Below, piece after piece: positions 39,853 to 50,293 of a stretch of DNA of 64,000 bases (position 1 is its first letter; the number at the start of each line of letters is the position of its first letter). Where the stretch lies: positions 544,001 to 608,000 of the forward strand of contig CAVVPN010000012.1 in the NCBI GenBank assembly GCA_963750165.1, given 5' to 3'. The notes beneath the pieces were generated by a model that ran no database searches, was not told the origin of the DNA, and worked only from the letters and a program-made list of their open reading frames with translations. The position numbers and the translations under genes were made by a program. This DNA is from an uncultured Gemmataceae bacterium. GTDB taxonomy: Bacteria; Planctomycetota; Planctomycetia; Gemmatales; Gemmataceae.

Positions 39853-39985
39853 ATGTAATGTTCTGTGTGGAACTTGCGTCGCGTCCCGAGTTTCTCTTTC
39901 CGACCTTCGGGTACGGTTCGGGTACACTTCGCGACGCTGATCCGTCTCAGTACCGCATCCGCCCATTGTATGCGGGAGTCCGGTC

Positions 39986-40300
39986 GTGGCAAAGAAACGC
40001 CACCGCCTCGGCGAGCACCCCGCTGGTGCCGCGAAGCCCCAGCAGAGCAAGAAAACTGACCTTTGGAATGCGCCGCCGGAGATCGACGCCGCGTTCCGAA
40101 AACTGTTCGAACCCCAGGCACAGCCGGCCGAGCGGAACGCCGAGTTCGTCGCGACGTACTTGCAGGCGTTCATCTCCTGGTGCAAGGAGAACCGGGCGCC
40201 GAAGACGACCGCCCGTTACTTCGACTTCCTCGATGCTTTCGAGCGGCGCTACCACGGCCTCACCGTCAGCCGCCTTACCACCGCCCACGTCACCGAACGG
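39986..40300 (+). pseudogene. Tyrosine integrase N-terminal/core-binding remnant
   Basis: RHRLG..., V..YLQAFISWCKENRAPKTTARY.DFL..F....GLTVSRLTTAHV; no catalytic domain; adjacent to tRNA half. Confidence 0.65.
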
Positions 40301-40488
40301 TCCCCCAGAAGTGCGAGGGGGGTCTGTGAGACGAGACGAGATGCAAGCCCTCCCTGGCACTATTTCCATTTTATCACTCAGGCCGCATTCGGGGAACGGC
40401 AGCAAACAGCGCCACGTTGAAGAGCCGTTGTCTTTCGCGTTCCGGCGCTCACAATGAAGGGAGCAACATCACCATCCCGGGCGCCATC

Positions 40489-41676
40489 ATGACCATGCAG
40501 ATCGGTTATTGCACGAACGTCCACGCCGGCCCCGACCTGGAACAAACCGGCCAGAACCTGGAGCGCTACGCCCTGGCGGTCAAGCGGCGGTTCAGTCAGG
40601 ACGCACCGATGGGCGTTGGCCTGTGGTTGGCGGCGTCGGCCGCACACCAGCTTCAGCGCGAACGCCGCGTGGCAGACTTCGCGGCCTGGTTGACAGAGGT
40701 CGGCCTGGTGCCGTTCACGTTCAACGGCTTCCCCTACGGCGACTTTCACCAGACCGTCGTCAAGCATCAGGTGTATCTGCCGACCTGGTGGGAATCGGCC
40801 CGGCTGGAGTACACGCAGGCACTCATCCGCATTCAGCACGGCCTGCTGCCGCGCGGCCTGGAGGGCAGCATCTCGACGCTGCCGGTCGCCTGGGGCCAGC
40901 CGGCGCCGACGCGCGAACAGCTGGCCCAGGCCGGCGCCGCTCTGCGGCAGGTCGCCCGTCAGCTGGCGGCGCTGGAGGCGGACACCGGCCGCCTGATCCG
41001 CCTGGCCATCGAGCCCGAGCCCGGCTGCGTCTTGCAGTACAGCTGCGATGTGGTGCGCTTCTTCGAGGAGCACCTGTGGCCCGGCCCGGACGAGGCCGCG
41101 GTGCGCCGCTACCTGGGCGTCTGCCATGACGTGTGCCACGCCGCGGTGATGTTCGAGGATCAAGAGGAAGTGCTGCGCCGCTACCACGCGGCGGGTATTG
41201 CGGTGCCGAAGGTGCAAATCTCGTCTGCAGTGGCGCTGCCGCTGGACGAACTGGACGCGGCGGAGCGGCCGGCGGCGCTGGCGCAGCTGGCGGGCTTCCA
41301 CGAGGAGCGTTATCTGCATCAGACAATGGTGCGGCCGCGGCCGGACGCGCCACCGGTCTTCCACGAGGACCTGCACCTGGCTCTGGCCGCAGCCCGCGAC
41401 CGCCCGCTGACCGGCGAGTGGCGCGTCCACTTCCATGTGCCGGTGTACCTGCAGCGCTTCGGCCGGTTGCGGGCATTGCAACCGCCGATCCTGGACTGCG
41501 TGCGTCTCAACGCGGAACTCGGCCTGACGCGGCACCTGGAAGTGGAGACGTACGCCTGGACGGTGCTGCCGCCGGAGTTGCGGCAGCCCGACCTGGCGGC
41601 CGGCATCGCGGAAGAGATGGCGTGGCTGGAGCAGTGGTGTCTGCCGGTGCGCCGCGATTCAGGGCAGAGGAGTTGA
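40489..41676 (+). CDS. eboE: Metabolite traffic protein EboE (xylose isomerase-like TIM barrel)
   Basis: YCTNVHAG, NGFPYGDFH..VVK..VY.P.W, EPEPGC, KVQISSA, EWRVHFHVP, HLEVETYAW. Confidence 0.92.
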   Translation: MTMQIGYCTNVHAGPDLEQTGQNLERYALAVKRRFSQDAPMGVGLWLAASAAHQLQRERRVADFAAWLTEVGLVPFTFNGFPYGDFHQTVVKHQVYLPTWWESARLEYTQALIRIQHGLLPRGLEGSISTLPVAWGQPAPTREQLAQAGAALRQVARQLAALEADTGRLIRLAIEPEPGCVLQYSCDVVRFFEEHLWPGPDEAAVRRYLGVCHDVCHAAVMFEDQEEVLRRYHAAGIAVPKVQISSAVALPLDELDAAERPAALAQLAGFHEERYLHQTMVRPRPDAPPVFHEDLHLALAAARDRPLTGEWRVHFHVPVYLQRFGRLRALQPPILDCVRLNAELGLTRHLEVETYAWTVLPPELRQPDLAAGIAEEMAWLEQWCLPVRRDSGQRS

Positions 41677-41714
41677 CTCCGACTACGGCGGAACCGGACG
41701 GACTGCTTGCTTCC

Positions 41715-42653
41715 CTACAGCTTGCGCGGCGGCTGCACCAGCACCGGCACGGTCGCGCTGCGCACCACCTTGTCGGCGACGCTGCCGAGGAACATCCGCG
41801 CCAGGCCGTGGCGGGCGTGCGTCCGCAGGGCGACGAAATCGACCGGCGCCACCGCCTGCCGCAGGATGGCCGTTGCCGGCTGATTCTCCAGGACGACCCG
41901 GGTGTGGACGGTCAGCCCGCGCGCCCGCATCGGCCCGGCCATCTTGTTCAGGTACGCCAGCGCCTGCTTGCACAGCGCCTCCTGGGCGATCTCGATCTGG
42001 TCGATCAGCGCGTTGGCCACGCGCTCCATCGTCGCGTCATCGACCTGATAGGGCATCGGCATCACCGGCTTGACAGTCTGCAAGAGCGTGTACTCCGCCT
42101 GGCTCAGCATCCCCAGGTTGATGGCCGGCTCCAGCACTTCCTCGGCCAGCACCGAGCCGTCCAGCGGGATCAGCAGGTGCCGTGGCAGCGGGTCGCGAGT
42201 CCAGTCCACCTTCTCGGCGGTCGGCCGCATCACCAGCACGGGGGCCGGCGCGTCACGCAGCAGGTCATCGGTAACGCTGCCAATCCAGAACCGGCTCAGC
42301 GGACTGCGGCCGTGCGTCGTCATCACGATCAGGTCCGTCGCGCTGTCCCGGGCCAGCTGCCGCAGCTGGTCGTCCACCGACCCCTCCAGCGCGTGGACGG
42401 TGATCGGGGTCGGCGTCAGCTGCCGCAGCCGCTCCGCCATCCTGTGCAGGTATTCGGTCTGCCGTTGCCGCAGGTAGCGTTCGACCGCATCGTCGGGGAA
42501 CAGGTAGCCCTCGACGAAAATGCTACCCAGCGGGGCGAACACATTAACGAGTTGCAACCGGGCGTCACAGCGGCGGGCGATGTGCGCGGCCACCGGCAGG
42601 GCGTGCTCGCCGAACGCGGAACCGTCCAGAGGCACCATCACGGAGCGGTACAT
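41715..42653 (-). CDS. Universal stress protein (tandem USP domains)
   Basis: VPLDGS / IPLDGS; DLIVMTTHGR..GSVTD; FLGSVADKVVR...PVLV. Confidence 0.93.
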   Translation of the reverse strand: MYRSVMVPLDGSAFGEHALPVAAHIARRCDARLQLVNVFAPLGSIFVEGYLFPDDAVERYLRQRQTEYLHRMAERLRQLTPTPITVHALEGSVDDQLRQLARDSATDLIVMTTHGRSPLSRFWIGSVTDDLLRDAPAPVLVMRPTAEKVDWTRDPLPRHLLIPLDGSVLAEEVLEPAINLGMLSQAEYTLLQTVKPVMPMPYQVDDATMERVANALIDQIEIAQEALCKQALAYLNKMAGPMRARGLTVHTRVVLENQPATAILRQAVAPVDFVALRTHARHGLARMFLGSVADKVVRSATVPVLVQPPRKL

Positions 42654-42946
42654 GGCTTGCTCCTTTCCTCGATCCGGGAGAGGATTTGTCGCGCTAGAAT
42701 AGAAAGCAAAGCCTGTGCCTGTTCCACAAATCGTTTAACACAAGCTGGTTGCTGAACTGCTGCCGGCTCCAGTGATGTGCGATTCCGGGACAGTTTCTCC
42801 GGACTTGCTCCGGTTCCGCACAGCAGGGCAGCCGCCGCTTGCACAAACGCCACAACCGGCAACCTCGGGCTGCGAAAACCAGCGGGCCCAGCACGACGAC
42901 AGATTGCTTCTGGAGTTCCCGGCCGCCGGCCTTTATCCTGGCATTT

Positions 42947-43891
42947 ATGCTTCCCACTGACGAACTGCCGCTGAACCGCCTGCACCAGGGCGATTGCCTG
43001 CATTTGTTGCCGCGTGTACCGAACGGGACCATCGACCTGGCCTTCGCGGACCCGCCCTTCAACATCGGCTACGAATACGATGTCTACGACGACCGCCGCG
43101 ACGCTCCGCATTACCTGGACTGGTGCCGCAAATGGGGCACGGAGGTTGTGCGCGTCCTCAAGCCCACGGGCACCTTCTGGCTGGCCATCGGCGACGAGTA
43201 CGCGGCCGAGCTGAAATTGCTCTTCCAGAATCTGGGCCTGACCTGTCGCAACTGGGTGATCTGGTACTACACCTTCGGCGTCCACTGCTCGAAGAAATTC
43301 AGCCGCTCGCACGCCCACCTGTTCTACTTTGTCAAGGACGCCCGGCACTTCACTTTCAACGCGGACGCCGTGCGCGTGCCGTCAGCCCGGCAACTGGTCT
43401 ACGCCGACGCCCGCGCTGACGCCCGCGGTCGGGTGCCGGACGACACCTGGATTCTGCGGCCGCAGGATCTGCGCGACGGCTTCGACCCATTGGAAGACAC
43501 GTGGTATGTGCCGCGCGTGTGCGGCACCTTCAAGGAGCGGGCCGGCTGGCACGGCTGTCAGATGCCGGAGCAGTTGCTCGGCCGCATCATCCGGGCGTGC
43601 TCGAACCCGGGCGAGACGGTGCTGGACCCGTTCGGCGGCAGCGGCACCACGTTGACGGTGGCGAAGAAGCTGGGCCGGCACTGGCTGGGCTTCGAGTTGT
43701 CGCCCGAGTATGCGCGGCAGACGGAGGCCCGGCTGGAGGCGGCCGCGGTCGGCCAACCGCTGGTGGGCGCGGAGGAGCCGCGGACCAGCGCCCCGGCGAC
43801 CGCTGACGGCAAGGTGCGGCCGCAGGACGCGGCCGGGGTTGCAAGCGGCCGGCGGCGCCGTAAAAAGGGCCAGGAAAACGGGCTCTACTGA
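42947..43891 (+). CDS. Orphan N6A/N4C DNA methyltransferase (beta class)
   Basis: DPPFN catalytic motif precedes [13 protein letters not shown] motif; no adjacent endonuclease. Confidence 0.92.
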   Translation: MLPTDELPLNRLHQGDCLHLLPRVPNGTIDLAFADPPFNIGYEYDVYDDRRDAPHYLDWCRKWGTEVVRVLKPTGTFWLAIGDEYAAELKLLFQNLGLTCRNWVIWYYTFGVHCSKKFSRSHAHLFYFVKDARHFTFNADAVRVPSARQLVYADARADARGRVPDDTWILRPQDLRDGFDPLEDTWYVPRVCGTFKERAGWHGCQMPEQLLGRIIRACSNPGETVLDPFGGSGTTLTVAKKLGRHWLGFELSPEYARQTEARLEAAAVGQPLVGAEEPRTSAPATADGKVRPQDAAGVASGRRRRKKGQENGLY

Positions 43892-43920
43892 CCACCCTTT
43901 CCCGAGCAAGGATTTCTCTC

Positions 43921-44736
43921 ATGTCCCACGGCGCCGACAAGCACATGGAGCACGCCGAGCACGCCCAGCACGCAGCCCACAGCCCCTTCGACCGCGGCGT
44001 GGCCATGTCGATCGCCATCATGGCGGCGGCGCTGGCGGGCGTGACGCTGCTCAGCCACCGCGGCCACACCGAGGTGCTGCGCCTGGCCAACGAGGCCAAC
44101 ATCTATCACACCAAGAAGTCCGACCAGTACAGCTTTTACCAGGCCAAGAACATCCGCAGTTACGAGTTCCAGTCCTTCCTGATGCTGTCCAAGATGCTCG
44201 CCAAGGACAGGGACGTGGACCTGAAGTTCGTGGCCCAGGCTCAAAAAATCTGGATCAAGCAGGTCAACAAGTATGAGGGTGATGTGTCGAAAGGCAAAGA
44301 CGAGAAGCCTTACTGGACGCTGATGGACCTGTACCTGCAGGGCAAGGAGAAGGACCGGCCGAAGCGCTTCGACGCGAAGCATAGCGAGTTGACCGCCATG
44401 CTGCAGGAGGCGAAGGACCTGGAGGACAAGGCGAACACCTTCGAGCACGCCAGCCACGAGCTGCACGAGCACGTGAACTGGATCGACTATGGCCATCTGG
44501 CGCTGGAGCTGGGGATCGTGTTCGCGTCCATCGGCGTGCTGACCAGGTCGCGGCCGTTCTGGTTCACGGGCATTGCAGTGGGCGTGCTCGGCCTGGGCCT
44601 GGCGGGTTACGGTTGGGTCGGTGAGCTGTCGATGAAGCCGCTGCCCGCCGCGCACGCCACCCCCGCCGACGGCGACCATTCGGGCGACGGCCACAAGGAG
44701 AGCGGCAAGAAGGACAGCAAATCCTCCGGCCATTGA
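43921..44736 (+). CDS. DUF4337-like membrane protein
   Basis: VAMSIAIMAAALA TM, SDQYSFYQAKNIR, ELGIVFASIGVLT + final TM. Confidence 0.8.
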   Translation: MSHGADKHMEHAEHAQHAAHSPFDRGVAMSIAIMAAALAGVTLLSHRGHTEVLRLANEANIYHTKKSDQYSFYQAKNIRSYEFQSFLMLSKMLAKDRDVDLKFVAQAQKIWIKQVNKYEGDVSKGKDEKPYWTLMDLYLQGKEKDRPKRFDAKHSELTAMLQEAKDLEDKANTFEHASHELHEHVNWIDYGHLALELGIVFASIGVLTRSRPFWFTGIAVGVLGLGLAGYGWVGELSMKPLPAAHATPADGDHSGDGHKESGKKDSKSSGH

Positions 44737-44739
44737 ATG

Positions 44740-44962
44740 CGGTGTCACTTGCGACGGGTAAACTCTTCGGCGTCGCCGTAATCAGCGAACCCCGGGGCCT
44801 GCCAGTAGGGTCGCAACAACTCTCGATCTCGGTGCCGAGCAGCTCCTTGACGGCCGCGTGCGTTCGGCACTCCGGCCACGGTTTGGTCGCGGGTGTCACA
44901 TCGTCAACAGCGAACGTGACGCCTGATTGGTGCGCGGTGTTCTGCACGGATTTCCCCCTCAT
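44740..44962 (-). pseudogene. Possible truncated 5' remnant (DUF4419-like N-terminus)
   Basis: GVTFAVDDVTPA....ECRTHAAVKELLG.EIESC; degenerates on reaching the convergent gene. Confidence 0.3.
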
Positions 44963-45102
44963 CGTAAGCAGTGGCGTTTCCAGGTCTTCTCCGACCCGTC
45001 CCACAAACCAGACACCATTACTACACCGGAGGTTCCCGGCGTCAAGGGCTCAGCAGGTAGCCCTGGGTCACCTCGCCCGTGTTGAGCGGTTGGGCGGTTG
45101 GC

Positions 45103-45149
45103 AAATTCTATAGAATTTCCTTGCCATCCCTGAGCGCGGCGGTTACAAT
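45103..45149 (+). promoter_or_regulatory. Sigma70-like promoter with adjacent perfect 16-bp palindromic operator
   Basis: AAATTCTATAGAATTT (45103-45118); TTGCCA (45121-26) -17 nt- TACAAT (45144-49). Confidence 0.7.
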
Positions 45150-45203
45150 CTCCTTCATCTACACCAACCCCGCCGCGCCCACCTGCCCGCCGGAGTATTC
45201 GCC

Positions 45204-45926
45204 TTGTCCGTCCCGCGTTCGACCAAACCGCCGAAGGCCCACCACGGCCTACGCCGCCAGGCCATCGTGCAATCGCTGCTCACCGACGTGTTCCAGGGCG
45301 ACCTGCGCCCCGGCCAGCGCCTGGTGACGCAGGACCTGGCCGAGCGCTTCGGCGTCAGCCACACCCCCATCCGCGAGGCCCTGATCGCGCTGGCTGGCGT
45401 TGGCATCCTCGATCTGCTACCCAACCGCGGCGCCGTGGTGCGCCGCGTCACCGCCCGCGACGTGCGCGAGGTCTGCCAGGTGCGCCGGGCCCTGGAATGC
45501 GAGGCCACACGCAACGCCTGCGGCCGCATCCTCAAGGGCGATCTCGACGAGTTGGCCGCCCACCTGAAGCGGCTGATGGCGGTCACGCAGCCGGCGAAGG
45601 GCTGCTTCCTCGACGAGGCCCGTGCCGTGGACACACGCCTGCACGACCTGATCGCCGCCAACTGCGGCAATACCTTTTTGGCGAATGAACTGGGCCGGCT
45701 GAAAATGTTGTTCCGGGCCTTTCGGGATGTCTCGTATGTGCGACACGAGGCGCGCAACGACTTTCGCAGGCTGGCGGAGGAGGCGGGCGAGCACCTGGCG
45801 ATTGTCGAGGCGCTGCTGGCGGGCGACCGCCGGGCCGCGGCGCGGGCGATGGCCCGTCACATTCAGTCCGGCGTGACCTACTGGACGCGCTCGCTGCCGG
45901 ACGCGGCCACGGAGAGCCAGCCATGA
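45204..45926 (+). CDS. GntR-family regulator (FCD C-terminal domain)
   Basis: LRPGQRLVTQDLAERFGVSHTPIREAL; VRRALE; EHLAIVEAL..GD...A..AMARHI. Confidence 0.93.
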   Translation: MSVPRSTKPPKAHHGLRRQAIVQSLLTDVFQGDLRPGQRLVTQDLAERFGVSHTPIREALIALAGVGILDLLPNRGAVVRRVTARDVREVCQVRRALECEATRNACGRILKGDLDELAAHLKRLMAVTQPAKGCFLDEARAVDTRLHDLIAANCGNTFLANELGRLKMLFRAFRDVSYVRHEARNDFRRLAEEAGEHLAIVEALLAGDRRAAARAMARHIQSGVTYWTRSLPDAATESQP

Positions 45927-48417
45927 CGTATCGCTGTGTCCTCGTCCTGATCGTCATCGCCTTCGGGGCCGGTGCCGCCCGCGCCGACGGCACGGTCGAT
46001 TTCAACCGCGACATTCTGCCCATTCTGTCGGACAAATGCTTCGCCTGCCACGGCCCCGACGCCAAGGTCCGCAAGGCCGGCTTCCGCCTCGACCGCAAGG
46101 AGGGCGCCTTCAAGGCGCTGCGCGACGGCAGCCACGCCATTGTGCCAGGCAAGCGCGACGCCAGCGAGTTGGTCCGCCGCATCACCAGCAAAGACAGGAC
46201 CGAGGTGATGCCGCCGCCCAAGGCCAACCGCCAGCTAACGCCCCGGCAGATCCAGCTCCTGACGCGTTGGGTGGACGAGGGGGCGGTCTGGGGCAAGCAC
46301 TGGGCGCATGTGTCCCCGAAGCGGCCCGAGTTGCCGGCGGTCAAGAACAAGGCGTGGCCGCGCAACGGCATCGACTATTTCGTGCTGGCCCGGCTGGAGC
46401 GCGAGGGTTTGCGGCCGTCCGCCGAGGCGACCCACGAGCAACTCATCCGTCGCGTCACGCTCGACCTGACCGGTCTGCCGCCGACGCTCGCGGAGATTGA
46501 CGCCTTCCTGGCGGATAAATCGCCCAACGCCTACGAGCGCGTCGTGGATCGGCTGCTGAAGTCGCCGCACTACGGCGAGCGCATGGCGTGGGACTGGCTG
46601 GACGCGGCCCGCTATGCCGACTCCAACGGCTATCAGGGCGACCCCGACCGAACCATGTGGCCGTGGCGCGACTGGGTGGTCAAGGCGCTCAACCAGAACA
46701 TGCCCTTCGACCGCTTCACCATCTATCAGATTGCCGGCGACCTGATCCCCAACGCGACGCTGGAGCAGAAGATCGCGACCGGCTTCAACCGCAACCACAT
46801 GCACAACGGCGAGGGCGGCCGCATCGCCGAGGAGACGCGCGTTGAGAACGTGTTTGATCGGGTGGAGACGACGGCGACCGTCTGGCTCGGCGCGACCATC
46901 GGCTGTGCTCGTTGCCACGACCACCGCTTCGACCCGTTCACGCAGAAAGAGTATTACCAGCTTTACGACTTCTTCAACCAGACGAGCGAGGACGGCGGCA
47001 TCCGTGGCGGTCAGGTGCCGCCCGTGCTGGAGGTGGCGACACCGCAGGACCGCGCCCGCCTGGCCGAGCTGCGGCAAAAGGCCAACGCCGTCGGCGCCGA
47101 GGTGGCGGCCCTGGAAAAGACGCTGTTCCCGCGGCCCGACGGCAAGGGCGTCGCGGAGTCCGTCAAGGTGAAGGGACTGCCGAGTAAGATCGTTGGCGAG
47201 TTGAAGAAGGCGCCCGCGAGTCGCGGGCTCAACAGTCTGCGCGACCTCATCAAGCAGTTCGAGAAGGCCGAGCCGGCGTATGGTAAAGCGCTGACGAAAC
47301 TGTGGGCGGCTGTCGCGGAGCGCGAGCGGACCAATGCGACGCTGCCGCGCGTCATGGTGATGGATCAGATGAAGACGCCGCGCACCACGTATGTGCTGGT
47401 CCGCGGGGCGTACGACAAACACGACGTGAAGGTGACCGCGGGTGTGCCGGCGAGTCTGCCCCCGCTGCGCGAACGCGCCACGCAACCGCCTGGGGCTGGC
47501 CTACTGGCTGGTCGATCCCGCCAACCCGTTGACGGCGCGCGTCACGGTCAACCGCTACTGGCAGACGTTCTTCGGCGCCGGCCTCGTGCGCACGGTGGTG
47601 GACTTCGGCGTGCAGGGCGAGCGGCCGTCGCACCCCGAGCTGCTCGACTGGCTGGCGACCGAGTTCGTCCGCACCGGCTGGGACGTGAAGAAGTTGCACA
47701 AGCTCATCGTCACCAGCGCCACCTATCGGCAGTCGTCGAAGGTGACGCCGGCGCTGCGCGAGCGCGACCCGGACAACCGCCTGCTGGCGCGGGGCACGCT
47801 TCCGCCTGCCGGCGTGGATGATCCGCGACCAGGCACTGGCGTTGTCCGGCCTGCTGGTCGAGAAGGTCGGCGGCCCGCCGGTGCGGCCGTACCAGCCCGC
47901 GGGCGTCTGGGAGGAGGCCACCTTCGGACAGAAAGTCTACAAACAGGACAAAGGCGAGTCCCTGTATCGCCGCAGCATTTACGTGTTCTGGCGGCGCATC
48001 GTTGGCCCGACGATGTTCTTCGACAATGCCATGCGGCAGTACTGCGACCCGCGGGTGCGGCGCAGCAATACCCCCCTGCACGCCCTGGTGATTCTCAACG
48101 ACCCCACGTACACCGAGGCGGCCCGTGCCCAGGCTCAGCGCCTGCTGGAACGCGACAAGCTCGCGACCGATGAGCGCCTGGCCCTGGCGTGGCGCACGGC
48201 GACCGCCCGGACGCCGACCGACCGGGAGCGGTTGCTGCTGCGCCAGGCATATGACAGGATTCGCGCTGACTACGCCGCCGACCGCAACGCGGCGTTGAAG
48301 GTGCTGGGCGTCGGCGAGTCGCTGCGCAACCAGAAGCTCGACCCGGTCGAGCACGCCACGCTGACCGCGGTGTGTCACCTGCTATACAACCTGGACGAAG
48401 CCCTCACGAGGCAGTGA
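45923..48417 (+). CDS. Planctomycete cytochrome c + DUF1549 + DUF1553 (PSD1) protein; two apparent frameshifts (~47468, ~47795)
   Basis: [59 protein letters not shown] spread across three ORFs. Confidence 0.9.
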
Positions 48418-48420
48418 CTC

Positions 48421-49884
48421 ATGGACCCGATCCTGGCACGACAGGCACACCTGACCCGACGGCAGTTCTTCGGCCGTTCGGCACTGGGGCTCGGCACCGC
48501 AGCGCTGGCGACGCTGCTGCAGCGCGACGGCACCGCAGCAGCCCAGACGCCGGCGCGGATCGGTGGTTTGGCGGGGGTGCCGCACTTCGCGGCGAAGGCC
48601 AAGCGCGTCATCTACCTGTTTCAGAACGGCGCCCCGACACACGTCGATCTCTTCGACTACAAGCCGGGCATGGAGCGCTGGCGCGGCCGCGAAATCCCGC
48701 CGGAAATCCGCGGCAACCGCCGCCTGTCCACCATGACCAGCGGCCAGGGCTCCAAGCCGGTGTTGCCGCCGATCACGCGCTTCGCCCGTCACGGCCAGAG
48801 CGGCGCCTGGGTCTGCGACTTCTTGCCGCACATGGCGTCCATCGCGGACGAGCTGTGTTTCGTCAAGTCGATGCACACCGAGGCGGTCAACCACGCGCCG
48901 GCGATCACGTTCCTGCTGACGGGCTCGGAACAGGCGGGCCGGCCGAGCATGGGCGCCTGGCTGACCTATGGCCTCGGTAGCGACACGCAGGAGTTGCCGG
49001 CGTTCGTAGTGATGACCTCACGCGACCGTGAGGCGTCGTGTGGCCAGATTTTCTACGATTTTTACTGGGGCAGCGGCTTTCTGCCGTCGCGCTTCCAGGG
49101 TGTGCAGTTCCGCGGCAGCGGCGACCCAGTGCTGTACCTGTCGAACCCGGCGGGCGTCAGCCGCGAGGTCCGCCGCGCCCAGCTCGACGGCATCGCCCGG
49201 TTGAACCAGGAGACGCTGCGCGAGTTCGGCGACCCGGAGATCGCGACGCGCATCACCCAGTACGAGATGGCGTACCGCATGCAGGCGAGCGTGCCGGAGT
49301 TGACCGATTTCCGCGACGAGCCGGCGCGTGTGCTGGAGCGCTACGGCCCGGACGTGCGGCGGCAAGGTTCGTTCGCGTACAACTGCCTGATGGCGCGGCG
49401 GCTGGCGGAGCGCGGCGTGCGCTTCATCCAGGTAATGCACGCCGGCTGGGACCAGCACCGCAATCTGAACACACAACTGCGTATCCAGTGCCGCGACACC
49501 GACGCGCCTTCGGTGGCGCTGGTAAAGGACCTGAAGGAGCGCGGCCTGCTCGACGAGACGCTGGTGATCTGGGGGGGTGAGTTCGGCCGCACGCCGTTCC
49601 TGCAGGGCCGGATCGAGGAGACGAGCGTGTGGGGCCGCGACCATCACCCCTACGGCTTCACGGTCTGGCTGGCCGGCGGCGGCGTCAAGGGGGGCACGAC
49701 CTACGGCGCCACCGATGAGTTCGCTCACAACGCGCTGGTGAACCCGGTGCATGTGCATGATTTGCAGGCGACGATTCTGCATCTGCTGGGCATCGACCAT
49801 CGGCGGCTGACGTTCCGCTTCCAGGGTCGCGACTTCCGGCTGACTGACGTGCATGGCGGCGTGGTGGAAGGCATTCTCGGTTGA
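48421..49884 (+). CDS. DUF1501 protein (Tat-like signal)
   Basis: TRRQFF, KAKRVIYLF..G.P.H.D.FDYKP, WDQH, GEFGRTP, GRDHHP. Confidence 0.94.
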   Translation: MDPILARQAHLTRRQFFGRSALGLGTAALATLLQRDGTAAAQTPARIGGLAGVPHFAAKAKRVIYLFQNGAPTHVDLFDYKPGMERWRGREIPPEIRGNRRLSTMTSGQGSKPVLPPITRFARHGQSGAWVCDFLPHMASIADELCFVKSMHTEAVNHAPAITFLLTGSEQAGRPSMGAWLTYGLGSDTQELPAFVVMTSRDREASCGQIFYDFYWGSGFLPSRFQGVQFRGSGDPVLYLSNPAGVSREVRRAQLDGIARLNQETLREFGDPEIATRITQYEMAYRMQASVPELTDFRDEPARVLERYGPDVRRQGSFAYNCLMARRLAERGVRFIQVMHAGWDQHRNLNTQLRIQCRDTDAPSVALVKDLKERGLLDETLVIWGGEFGRTPFLQGRIEETSVWGRDHHPYGFTVWLAGGGVKGGTTYGATDEFAHNALVNPVHVHDLQATILHLLGIDHRRLTFRFQGRDFRLTDVHGGVVEGILG

Positions 49885-49939
49885 AATAATATTTTCCACA
49901 TCCAGTTGCGGGAAAAAGTGCGGCGAGGGAGGGCGACGC

Positions 49940-50200
49940 GTGCCGAAAGCCCAGCGACAACTTCACCCATCGATTGAGGCGCTCGTCCGCAAACAACTGG
50001 AGGGCGATGAGATCGTTTACGGTTGGAGCGAGGTTACCCCGGGAGAGATCAGGGTGCAACTCATCAGTGAGAACTTGCACCGAATCTGTGCTCCCATTGC
50101 CAAGAAATTCGGTCGCGGCGCCGGATGTGGGCGAACGTTGGAGTTCAAATTGCTAGACGGCGAGTGGGTGTTTCAAGGTGTAGGCGGTTGGATCTCGTAG
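49940..50200 (+). CDS. Small hypothetical protein, lower GC
   Basis: GTG start after GGGAGGG; 86 aa; no family recognised. Confidence 0.5.
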   Translation: MPKAQRQLHPSIEALVRKQLEGDEIVYGWSEVTPGEIRVQLISENLHRICAPIAKKFGRGAGCGRTLEFKLLDGEWVFQGVGGWIS

Positions 50201-50293
50201 CCGCCAGTTCATGGTGGTGATCGATCATGCATGGTTCCAAGTCTCACTCAGTGGTTACGGCTGCTGAACTTGGTGGTTAGAAGGGCAGCAACG

